Source: Antedon mediterranea (lineage: Eukaryota; Animalia; Echinodermata). Taken from it: a DNA stretch of 64,000 nt. The stretch is from positions 806,001 through 870,000 of the forward strand of contig NC_092680.1 in the NCBI RefSeq assembly GCF_964355755.1, in the 5' to 3' direction. The notes beneath the pieces are model-generated. The model saw only the letters and a program-made list of their open reading frames with translations. It did not search any database and was not told where the DNA came from. Numbering within the stretch: position 1 is the stretch's first letter; every line of letters starts with the position of its first letter. Both the position numbers and the translations under genes were made by a program. Below are positions 1 to 13,900 of the stretch, one piece after another.

Positions 1-1918
1 ACAAATTGTTACGCTCAAATATTCTCATACTCATTTTTTTACTCTCTCTCATCACTTATCTAGCAAATGTCAGAAAAAAAACCAACTGATTTGAAGAACA
101 GGTTATTCTAAAACGGTACCGATAAAGCATCAATTAAATGTGAACGCGCCGTCTATTAATAATGGTAAAAGTTATATGATTTGAATTGCATTTAAACGGG
201 CATATGTGGGCTTGATCTTGCAACCTCTGAAGAAAATGATATACGTGCAGAATTAAACATGAACTTCAACGATCTGATGTGTTACAATTTGACTTAATGT
301 TGCAACTAATAGAGCGGTTCCAAAACTAATTTATTTGCATAAAGTAACAAAAATATCTGATTCAGAGAAAATGTATTTTTATTTTTTACGAATGTGTAAA
401 TGTGTCAGAAACTATACACTGGTTTGTATTTTTGTATATTTTTGGAAATAAAGAGAATAAATTGAATATGTACATTTTCCTACTATTTTAACTTATTAAC
501 TAAACCTGTAATTCATCTTTAACTCCAACGAACAGATTGTAATTTTTCTTTCTGTTTGTAAAACCATTATAATATTTTCAGTATTAATAATTAAAGTATG
601 CATAATATGTACAGGCATATTTTACAAGCCTTTACATCATGATGCATGATGTTTACGACAAGTTTTTTCTTCCATAATGGAGACTATTTTTAGGTCATTA
701 CACTGCTGGAATAATACGTATATTTGACACCGTTATGTTTCCGATGAGATAAGTTGTCGATGAATATTACATACTATATTTCAAGTCCCAGAAGGTTTCC
801 CAACTAGATTAAAATTCAAAAGTTAAATGTATGTAGAGATGGAATGATCGATTTCCTAAGGACAAATATTGATACATCAACATATAACGGCGGCCTATCA
901 ATGTTCAATTTGATGTCTACCGCCGACACGTTAATTAACAATGCGTTTGCGTCAACCGACGTGATATTATAATAATGCCATGTGCGTCATTTTGATTAGT
1001 AAAACGCGTTTATCAGTTTGGTAACGCATTTCCATAAGGATCAAACGCATATCGAGTGTCACTTTGCTTATCTATAATATTGTATGTGAGTGAAGTTACA
1101 CTCATCCCTGATTGTATTATAGTAAAAGTGAAAAAAAATTATCTTATTAATTATGATTGAATCTTAATCTGTAAACAAGTAGTAATACAGTTAAATTGTA
1201 TAACACACGATTCTGATATTCACGGCTGCGATGAGTCTATTAAATATGAACTGACGTATGGGTATCTTAACACATCAATTATTCTATTACACTTTAATGA
1301 TTGTGCTTTAGGCCGCATGCTGATAAAAATATCAGTTTGGTTTGTTTAAATAATGGCTTAATCTCATATACCGTGTATGTTGATTTTAAAAGATAAGGTA
1401 CATTCGTGTATGTTATTTAAGTGGTAGAGTGTCACCCCCCTACTTCGACATTTAGACGTTAATTATGTCAGTGTGCTGAGTGGTATGTTGCACAATAATA
1501 ATTTAATATCATTTTATTTTTGGTTAAATAATTTTACGAAATACCATACTCTGAGGACACCAAATGAATAAAAACTATTACAATGTAACCAATGTATTGT
1601 ATTGAAATGCCTCATTAATTTTCATTTTATTTTTGTCAGTCCGTCAAAATGTTAATTTAATAATCAATTCATTTTTTGTTTGTTTCACTGTCAATATCAG
1701 TATAATAAAAACAAAAGAGCCCTTTTGTGGAGCAACATTTTAGCGGCCATGCGATCATTTTTTTGAAACAATCAAACCGGTTTTATCTTTTTTTAACATT
1801 ATCAAACGTATATAAACATTACTTAGTGTTGCATATCAAGTATTTACACACATTGTTATTAACGTTCACATTTAGGATCTAAAGCAATTTATCCACTTTA
1901 TTGAATTTTGAATTACAG

Positions 1919-4900
1919 GTTCCTTAGAACTATTGTTAGAAAATGGATTTGAAATAGGCGATGCTCTACTGCGATCAGTCGATGCAGAATTCCAATCTGG
2001 TATTAAACTTATCTGCGAATTTATAACGAAAACTGAACAGCTGGTGAGTAAATGGCATTTTAGTGTGTTTTTTTAGTAATGATACATTTTTTTTGGCGGG
2101 ACGTGCGAGGATTATGCGCGTGATCTAAACATGAAAACATTACCAACATGTTCGTTGGTGCAGAACCATTTTAGGAAATTATCTGTCACGTTAGTATTTA
2201 TTACCGAAACAGGTCCCTAGCATTTCTAAATGCATACGACTATTGTGTGTTTAATTACAATTGATGGTAGTAGGAGCATACGCATTTTAATTAACCACGT
2301 GATCATTGAGTTAATTGGATATTGGTTTTTATGCTACATTAAATATTATTATATGCAACTCAGAGATAAAACCAACAGCCCACATATAATGTTGTTGATA
2401 TAATGAAATATTTAACATAAAAAACGAGAATTTATGACAAAACCAACAGTCGAACTCTGATCAATAATTTTAACCAATTTAACCTATTTATATTAAATGT
2501 GCCATTTGATTGGCTGATTACACATCATTAATGGTTCTAACACACGTTCAGCTTTTTGTAATAAGCCAGTGTCATATAATATAAAAATAATATACAAGTG
2601 TGTTATAAAATAAATAATAAATATGTTGTATTTGTCGAACAGAGATTATATTTCATTCGTTGAAAAATAGTTTTATTTAACTCGGCTTGATAGAACAATC
2701 AATCTGTCAACCCATGAAATATTTTCACCATCCAATAAACATTTATTATTGTATAATAATCTACCGTATAGGCCCAATGCACTAAAGGTCAATACTTTGG
2801 TAGCAGTGCACTTTGTTTAATTGTAAGTTGTTTAAATTTGCAATTTAGAATAATTGTTAGTGGATGATTTAATTAGTGGCTATCAAGCCTAGAAATATTT
2901 GAACACACACGCAATACCTGCCGATGTAGCGGTACATTGCTATGTTTTAGATGATCTATATTATAGTTCATTAAGAAATTAAACGCATATTAATTTTAAT
3001 GGTCTTATCTACTTTATTGTGTTTTTTCAGGACTGTTTGAACTGTCACTCAAAGGACGGTAAATACCATCCAATAATAACACCGCTTGTTCTTGCTGCGC
3101 AGAGAGATCGCTATCACACCATCAAACTTTTACTAAAGTATGGAGCTACGATAAAAAATCCTACATCTATACTGGAAACGGAGGCCTACAATCTTGACAG
3201 TTCATTAGCAGTATTACATCTATATCGCGCCCGGGCCAACCCCGCGTACATATCACTGACATGCTCAGAGGGTGACCCTTTCTCAGTCGCTTTTCGCATG
3301 AGCAAGAGGCTGAGAAAGCTAAGCGTAGAAAGGGCGGAATTTGGTGACGCCTTTGAAAGTCTAGCAGAACAATGCGCAGACTATGCAGCTAGTATTTTGG
3401 ATCACATACGAAGTGAAGAAGAACAAGTTATTATATTTAGCTACAATAAAAACGCTAAGGGTTCTGTTCCACAACAAGGATTATTACAATATCCACATCG
3501 AGTTCAAATGGCAATAAAATATGAACAAAAACAGGTACCAATTTTAATTACTACTGAATAAACGTTTGGTTCATAAACCTCAATAAAAAGAAAATCATTT
3601 GTAGAATAGAGTTAAGCTCTGTCTACACTATCCAACTTTATGTGATAAAAAAAGGTGCGATGTGCCCAAATATGGTAGTGATATGACATCATGTCCATAT
3701 GGGCACATCATTTTTTGTCACATAAAGTTTGATAGTGTAGACAGAGCTTTATGTTATTAATTTATTTATGAAATACAGTCTAAAAAACATCTTATTAAGG
3801 CGATAAAATATACTTTCTTTCCAAAAATAATATTTATGAATACAGAGAAACATTGTTCATGGTGATAATAAGTTCTCATAAGTAAGGTACAGGTTTGGTA
3901 GATAAAGAAAAACACTCCTCATGATGCCGATTGAAGCATTCAGACGCGGGTGGTGTACGGAAACATATTATTAGATTTATGTTCGCTATACCAACTTTCA
4001 AACAAAACATAAAACATAATTATTTCATGTAATTTCATATCATACAATTTCCCCTTTTAATTTTGGAAAAAAAGAATACAGAGCACAACATTCTCCATAG
4101 CTCAACAACAAATTACAAGTGTCTACATTATTATAAATATAAAGAAAATACACTATTTATTTTGTTTTTCAGTTTGTTTCCCATCCACATTGTCAACAGT
4201 ACCTTCAGCAGATGTGGTATCGAGGGTTAAATAAACAGACTTCTCAACTCAACTATTACCTATTCCTTGCTGGCATATTCTTTTTCTATCCTATAGTCTG
4301 CATTGCTTACAATTTTGCGCCAACCTCTAAAGTTGCTCAGATGTTACACATCCCGTACGTAAAATACCTCTGTACAATCGCTTCAGAACTAACGTTTCTA
4401 AGTATTTTGGTCCTCGATTCAATTTTCTGTCGACTGACTTTAACTAGAAATGCAGCTCTACTACTACTATCTAATGTCACTGTTGAGGAGGAAGATGAGG
4501 AAGAGGGTATTCCGAAGGTAGCAGACGATACTTTAATGAGACCTCTAGGATTAACAATGTTTCTTGTATTTTTATGGGTCTTAGGTGAGTATCCTCTTTT
4601 TTTTCTCACTATTCAAAATATAATTTTAGTTCATTTAAGATTCAAGAAATTGTATTGGTCCACTTTAAAGTAGAAATTCGTTTTTCTTGGCATAATTAAG
4701 AAAATAAAACAAGAAAAATAACTTAAAGCAAATTTCAATGTTAAAATACTATTTATTTTAAATACATTTTCGTCTATATTGAAATCAAATGGGCCAGCTT
4801 CTTTCATTTCCAAATGATATACTTCTTTACGAGTTCTTGTCATCTAGTTTTAATTGCTTATCCAAGTTCTACAACAAAACTATTTTTGTTCTTATATTGG

Positions 4901-7900
4901 TAATTTCATGAAAATAAAATAGGAATAAAACCTTATATAGTTTGCTTTTAAATATGTTTATAACAAACAAACAAACAAACAAACAAACAAAGTTATCTTG
5001 ATGCAAAAGTCAAAGGTAAAGTAACCTACAATATTTATATTTATAAAATATTTTTCCTTATGAAATTACTTTATATATAATATATTTTTATTAAAAAATA
5101 ATATTTGCTATATTTGTTAATATCAAACTATTTGTATGACGAATTTCACGTATTTTCTTTCTTATATCAGTAGTGTTCATGTCAAAATACATGATATACT
5201 AAGTTTCTAATTAGAAATACGATACAAATAGCATCTTTAAAAGAGACACATTGCTCAAAATTGAAATATATCATATCAACACATTTCTTTTTGCTATTTA
5301 TTCAGATTTCACTTTATCGACATAGATATATGGACTCAATTTCATAAAAAATATATTAGAAACTTAGATATTATTATTTTTTTTAAACTTAACTTTAACA
5401 ACTTTTTTTTTATGGTGGTTCGTCATATCACGCGTAACTTTTATATTATGCTCTGTCTACACTGTCAAACTAGTTTGATGTCCCCAAATATGGTATTGAT
5501 ATACCTAAATATGGTAGTGATATGACATCATCGTGTCCATATATAGGCACATAACATATTTTTTAAACTTTAGATTCTTTACTCATACGGTAGTACCAAA
5601 AACGGGTAAATAATTGGTACAAATTTGTATCCACTTAATGGAGTTAGAACATTATTGACAATTAAATAATGGGTTGAGGATAAATCATTTGCTTCAAAAT
5701 GGTGCTTTCCATAAACTCTAAAGTATTTTGTCTATCCGACCGGCAGACAAAAGTTATAATTAAAGTCGCCCGTGTAACATCAAGTGGAGTTTCACCAGAG
5801 CATGCAGTAGGCCTATCCAACTCTGGATGGTGATCTCGACGTTGACACGTCAGTAGATAGGCCTAATAGGTAACATTTACTCAAGTTTGGTCAACTGTTT
5901 TAAAACTAGTTAATACTGATTTCCGTATCTACATTTAAGATGCATAAGAGAGTTTAAAATAGCATTAATTTTGAAAGCAGAAATATTCCATTCTTATTTA
6001 TATTAGCACTATTCTAAACTACTAGATACACTTATTTTCAGGTTTTATGATACGATACGTCTACACCATTTGAATGAAGTTTAGCAATTTAAATAAAGAA
6101 AATCCGTAGCATATTTAAAAATATATATATAATCCATCTGCAGCTGTAAAAATGCAGTGAATTTAAATTGACCCGATTTTAAAAATTCATTTAAATATTT
6201 TACATAAAATTCCAATAGTGTGATTAAACAAGTATTTATATATGATTAACGTTGCAGCACAGTTAGGCATTTTTAATACAAACGTTTACCATCGCTTCAT
6301 AATGTTCTTGATGTTCGGCTTTAAAAGATTGTCTGAATCACATTTGCTATTCATACGTATGAATCACTTTTGCTATTTATACGTATGAATCAATCTTTAC
6401 GCCATGTCCTCATTAAAAAAAAAAAACTAGTTTAAAATGGAAGGTAAAGATACGCACTTTAAAAATGAAAATAATATTATCCGCAAGGGCAGAAATGAAA
6501 CCTTCACGCACACGCTCGTGTACCAACGTTGAAGTTTCACCCGATTCTCAGTGCTGTCTCGCAACATACAACCTTTTTTCCCAAAGTATCAAAGGAATAT
6601 TTGATAATACAGCATCTCATTTATATCACTACATGTGAAACACATGTGATGTTGTATTACCAAATATTCATATGATACTTCAGAAATAGATACAGTACGA
6701 TCGACGATCGTGAATTGGCTGGAAGATTTGTGACGTTTTGTAATGACTTTTTATTTCATAGTTAAATATTCTAGATTCTTTATTGGTCCATAAACTGGAA
6801 ATTCAACTTTCGTTTGCCAGTTATACCATAGAGAATTTAGTTACTTACATTATTTATCTATGGTTATACATACAAAATAATTTAAAACATCCAAAGACAA
6901 ACAAATGATGTGATTAAAATAGATAACAGTTATTACATGCGTAAGTGGAGAAAATTTATATTTTTCATACATTTTAGTTGATTGATATTTTTATTAAATA
7001 TATAAAATGTTTTTAATATTTGAGAATGAACTAACGGAATGAAATTGCTATTTCTTATTATTTTTAGGTCCATAATGAGATAAATTTTGTTGACCTTGTT
7101 AACACCTTCGGACGATAATATTTTGTGTTTTTTTTTTAATTAGGCCTATAGTGTTGATGTAATAGCGCGATCCGAGATTGACTTCCCACAAGGTAGCTCC
7201 GTGTGGTGTTTCTGTGCCTGGAATATAATAATATATATCTTTTGATATCATAGATGACACCGATAAAGGCGACGGAGATGATACCATATTGCACAATATT
7301 CACAGACATTTGAATTATTATCATACGTTCGTTACGTTACGCCTTTGAAGCTATTCTCAAGTCAAACAGGTTTACTTTATGATTAAATTCCAATTATAAA
7401 TACTATCAGGTAATCAATTCAAACTAAAAAGAATTTTTTCTGCCCTTAGACCTAGATTTTTTTTTCTAAATCTATTGATATATAATAAACTGTCTAAGTG
7501 AATAATGGTTTGATTATGAAGTTTCCCTATGTTCAGTTTGAGTCGTAAATTACTACCGTCCTAGCTGGCTTGATACACGAGAGAGAAAAATGTTTTCTGC
7601 TAAATGTAAAGGATTTTCTTGGTAAATGTGAAAGCAATAAATTATTAACTGTCGATAAATTTAATAGAAAAATGATATTGAATATAATTATTCAACGCAA
7701 GTATTATTTTGAACTTAAATGTATAGGTTTTTCTATTTACTTTATTCTATTGAATCGCTTTTAGAACATTATATATTGCTTAGTTTATAATAGACTTGCT
7801 CCAAGTCTGTATTTATTGTCTTTTTAAGTTAGTAACTAAGTAAGTTAGTTTTTGTCTGGAAATACAGCTCTTGTAGTATACGAAAGAAACGACATATGTG

Positions 7901-10900
7901 CAAAAATATTTATCTTTTAACTAATATTAAGTCAAAACTCCCGTCTGGAACCCAGACAAAGCTTGTTATAGTACTGTACATGTTGCTTCATATTATTAAT
8001 ATACTTACTTTTGCAAAGTATTTTTATTTCTAAATTTATTACATTTACTTTACTATAATATTACTTATTATTTTATCATTATTATTATTTTTTGTTTATA
8101 TTTTGCAATACTGTGAAGTTGGCATGCTGGATAGCTTACTGTATAATACAACTATTAACGGCAAGTAGGCCTACTAAGATTTGAAAGACAACAAAATAAA
8201 TTGGTAAATCTGTGAAGACAATAAAAGCTAATCGGCTTAACAAATTGAGACTATAATTGAGTTTATAATCGTATTTTTCTGATAATTAGGCCTACTGTAA
8301 AACGAACATATTATTATTAGCTTCAACTTTATCAAAGTAACTCTATTTCATATTGCCATACTATAATACACTGCTATGTTGAACATTGTGCCATAAAGAC
8401 ATTTATTAGCGAATGGATTCAGTTCACACGTATTAGATATTGGATTGTGACGAAACCAAGTGTATATTTTTAAATTAATAACAATATTTTCCCGTTCAAG
8501 TATAGTTAAACGGGCCCTATATTATTTATTAGTTTTGTTGATTATATATGTTTACATTATAAATTAGGTCTAAACACTTTGTCATGCAGGCGTACAAACA
8601 TTAATTTTCTTTTAAATGTGAAATGTCTTTTCCGTTTGATGACGTTTTTGGACGAGTTTAGTCTTCCCTATTGCAACAGCTCTACCGTAAATGTATTGCG
8701 TAATGATCGATACTCTCATAACTTTCAAGTGTCTGGGGTTCAATCTCGTTATATGTATTATTACTATATAAAATTTTTGTGAGCCATTGCGTCATTGTAT
8801 GTTATGAATGTGGTTTTGATGGTGTATTAATTCAAGAATGTTTACTTCCGTAGCGTTGACGTGGCAAGAGATTACGTTGATGTCAAAACAAGGCGTACGT
8901 AAATACTTCAAAACGTCAATTTATAGCGTTATTGCAATTTCTCTTTATTGGTTGTTTCTTGGAATTCAAACAGACGCGTGGCTTAAGGTAAGAAAACAAC
9001 TTTCTACCAATAACGATAGGTGATTAGTTTATTCTAATCACCTAATTATCAACTTTGTTGGGGCAGCAGAAAAGGTGCATGCATATAGGCCTATAATACG
9101 ACCAATTTTCGTCCGTGAGAGGCGGGTGGGCGGCCTTCTACGCGCATACCGCGTCATTTCTTTTCGAGCTGTTGACGTTTTCCGACAAGCTTGACACAGA
9201 AAGCGTTTACATTAGGGAATTGTAGCTCGCTCAATTCATACGTCACACCTTATGGATATGACTAATGAATATTCATGTTTATTTTGTGCCGTTCCATGAG
9301 GGTCCCCAACTTATGTACGAAAAGAAATATCGCGCGCCCCGCCTCCTCCTATGCATACCTCGTCATTTCTTTTCGTTTTCGACAAGCTCAAGTTATCGAA
9401 GCTGTAAAATTATAAGACGATTTGAATATTGTATGTTTTTTTTGTCTTTTAATACTTTTAATATGTTATAGTAGGCCTATAAGGCTTTGTTTTGGACTTT
9501 TAATATGTTATAGTAGGCCTATTAAGGCTTTGTTTTGGACTTTTAATATGTTATAGTAGGCCTATAAGGCTTTGTTTTGGACTTTTAATATGTTATAGTA
9601 GGCCTATAAGGCTTTGTTTTGGACTTTTAATATGTTATAGTAGGCCTATAAGGCTTTGATTTGGACTTTTAATATGTTATAGTAGGCCTATAAGGCTTTG
9701 TTTTGGACTTTTAATATGTTATAGTAGGCCTATAAGGCTTTGTTTTGGAAATAAAATATTGGATTAAATTAATAAATATAAAAGTCAGTAGGAGTGTATG
9801 TAGTTGCGACGTTCGTATGCCATCAAAGATCTAGAAACGCTTTTGTTTTTTTACGTACCGTTAGCGCATCTGACACTGCAAAATAAGCGAGCACGTTTAT
9901 CGAATAGTTTTTGTACCTATTTAAATAAAGTCTATACTACATGTTTTGCTCCCGAAATACCGACTATTTTATCATTAAATGATGGAGGGGTGATGGAGGG
10001 GTGATGGAGGGGTGATGGAGGGGTGATGGAGGGGTGATGGATATATATTTCAACAAGAAATAAGTTATCAACTATTAGTAATGTCAGTAGAGACATTTTT
10101 TAACGTAAGGTTATGGAATGTTTTTGACATCCATTAAATCAATACTAGTTAGTACTTGCGTTCCATTGACATGGTAACATAAATTGATCACTTAAACTTA
10201 TCTTTATTAGTAAGAACATCGTATAAAGACACACAAATATCGGCCGAAAGAGTGGACCGGTTTATTAACACTATGAACATCGTATAAAGACATGAGACTA
10301 AACACACACACAAATATCGGCCGATATAGTGGACCGGTTTGTTAATAAACATCGTGTAAAGACAAGAGAGACTAAACACACACGCAAATATCGGCCGATA
10401 TAGTGGACCGGTTTATTATTATGAACATCGTGTAAAGACATGAGACTAAACACACACGCAAATATCGGCCGAAAGAGTGGACCGGTTTATTACTATGAAC
10501 ATCGTATAAAGACATGAGACTAAACACACACGCAAATATCGGCCGATATAATGGACCGGTTTATTACCATGAACATCGTATAAAGACAAGAGAGACTAAA
10601 CACACACGCAAAAGTATCGGCCGATATAATGGACAGACGGCGATTTATCCGATTATTTTTTGGGGTGTAATATAATGGTAACATGTATAATCACAGCACA
10701 GCAAAATATAGCACAATTGATATCGAGAAGTGATAAAATACAGTAAAAAATGTATCAGAACTATTTGAAAATTGTAGATCATGTCAATGAAAACTACAAC
10801 ATATTTAAATGTGTTGTAATACAATAATTGTGTATTATAATGCACGTGGCAGATAGTCTATTCGACAAGATAAAGAAAGGAGCCGGGGCGCTTATTTGAG

Positions 10901-13900
10901 GGGGACGTTTATTCAAAATGATGTTTTATGAGGGCCGGTTTAGGCCTATTCAAGGTAGGGAGGCGTTTATTCAAAGCGGGGCGTTTATTTTAATAAATAC
11001 GGTATTACAGTAAGCTGGGGGTATTTTTCAAGGTAGGTAGACTTAAGGTTTATTCAAATAAATACGGTATTACAGTAAGCTGGGGGTATTTTTCAAGGTA
11101 GGTAGACTTAAGGTTTATTCAAATAAATACGGTATTACAGTAAGCTAATTGTATGAATGAATGAGTGATTAAATTAGGTTATGCTTAGAACATTATAAAT
11201 CTTTTTTTCAGAACTGAAAGAGTTGTTCATTATTGAAATGAATAAAAATTGATTGATAGATTAATTTTGTATTTTGTAGTAGACACACTCACGCGCTAAT
11301 TCAACTGCCTGCGCAGTATAATTACATTGCCTCATAAAATATCAGTAACAAATACGATAGTAACACAGTAGACAAAATGTGTACAGTGATTCATGATGCA
11401 GCAAAATTGCACCAATATGATATACTACCATTAATACGTACATTTTAAGGGCGGATTCAAGGGGGCTCAGCCGGCCCGGGGGCGATAAATTTCAAAATTG
11501 TAATAAATGCAAAAGATAGGAATTTATGTTTACTACTTCATTTCACTACGTTTAGGCCATGTCTCCTTCCCAATGTGTGTCACCCACTCCCTTTATTCCA
11601 AAATCATGGATCCGACACTGTATTGAAAACCATGTTACATAAAGATATGTTATAATAGAAGTGGAAACTCTACAAGGAGAATAGAGAGTTATCACGTGAC
11701 TTATAACAGACACTAGTTAATACTAAAACAATCTTTTGAATTCATAAACTAATTACTGTAAAGAACAACAGTTTTGCGATTTTACATTTACAACTATTTC
11801 GCGACCTTTTATTTTCGCGATTTAATTTTTACAGTACATTTAATGAGGTTTTAATAGAAGTGCGTTTGATATATGATAATATAGGCCTAAGAGCAATATA
11901 TAAAAATACAACAAAAAACCTACTAAAAACTACTTTTATTTCACTAGTGACTATTTAATTGTGAAAGTATAGGCCTATTGTATAGAGTGAATAGCCATTC
12001 GGTTAAAATATTAAAGCGTGTTTAATACACAGTATAACTAGCCAGGTAATGTATGTGCAAAATATCACACATCGAGTCGTTAATTCGCAGCGCAATCGAT
12101 CGAAAGCATTACTTTTTACCGAGTGTAATATTTACGAACGCGAACGAACAAAGTGGTATTCACTTGAAGTTCGGTAGTGCATAACGGAACAAGTGGCTTC
12201 GTTGAATCAACTTTTAAATGGTATAAATTGTTGTTGGCTTATTCTTTATTGGCGGCCTATTCAAATCAGGTGATGCTCGTACAGTAGACCTATGATGTCT
12301 AGCGAAAATAAACATCCCACAATATCGTGTCTGCTGGCGGCAACTGGCCCATACCATCCTATAACTAAGTAGCTATTGATTGATCGGAAATCGATAATCA
12401 TTTATCAGTCATTATCATATACCATACCATTTATTGTGTTTCATTAACCATAATAAAGCTCTGTCCACACTATCAAACTAGTTTGACCAAAAAAAAGTGT
12501 GATGTCCCCAAATATGGTAGTGATATACCTAAATATGGTAGTGATATGACATCATCATTTCCATGAGCAAATTACGTTTGTTTGTCACATAAAGTTTGAT
12601 AGTGTAGACAGAGCTTAACATTGCTTTTGTTTTCACTATGTCAATGCATTATAAGTGTACTTATTATAATATATTGTCAATTTGTTGTTCTTGTCGTCAG
12701 GCTAACTCCGGTCCGCCTTTTACGTTTGGTCCCGTCAACAGTTCTGCAAATGAAACCGAAATAAGCAATAAAGCTTATTTTTTCGAACATGAATACGGAA
12801 ACTGGTCTTTCCTTAAGAACCTAGAAAACATGATGGTGGAATTAAACAAGGAATGCTTCGCTGCCAGTGACACAGAAGAGGTCAGTACCAGCGATGCTGG
12901 CGGCGGTGGCGGGGTCACCAGTAGGAAAAGGAAGCCGGTTGGAGATACAAACGACAATGAGCTGGCTCAAGAGTGGTCCGAGGCTCTTCTTTTCGCCGAG
13001 TCTTGCTTTGCGTTTGCCAAACTCATGACGTTTATAAGAATGGTATATACAACAGTGACGTCACGTGATATCGGACCGAAGAAGATTTCAATTGGAAACA
13101 TGGTTTACGATATTATGTATTTTTTGATCATATTTGCGTTTATTTGGTTCGCCTTTTCCATCGGAATGAATCAGCTGTATTGGTTCTACGATGGATATAA
13201 CAAATCAGGGTTTATAACGTAAGTCATGTTAAGCTCAGCTCGTACTTAGCACTTAAACACAAGGACTTTAACACCAATAATGATTGGTTCCAACTTGAGG
13301 CGCAACACAAGGACGCAAACGCAACGCAAGCAACAGTTTAAAAAACATCACTTGTGATTGGTCAACTAACTAAAGATTTGTTCCCACTGGAGACAAAACA
13401 CAAGGACGTAACGCAATGCAAGCGTGTTGACCAATGACAAGCGAAGTTCAAATAATCCTAAGCTTGTGATTGGCCAACTCACTTAAGTACATACTTGCGT
13501 TGCGTCCTAGTGGAAACCAAGCTTTATCAACAAAATGTCTGTTACGTTACGTCACATAACATTTATAATTCTACGTTATCTTTTTTAGACTTCATGGTAG
13601 TATTCGTTCTCTCTTCTGGGTTCTATTTGGGATAGTTGATGACGTCACATTAACCGGTAACGGCATTGATAGTTCCGTTATATCCATTGCTGGTTTTATC
13701 ATGTATTCAGCGTATCACGTGATATCCATTATAGTTTTGCTGAATTTGTTAATCGCGATGATGAGTGACACGTATGCTAAAATAGAAGTGAGTAATTTTC
13801 AGTACACTTTAGTATTGTCATTACAGACAATATTAACCTAATTTAATAGAGAACAAGGCCGGCCATATACATGGCTATATATATATATACATATACATGG

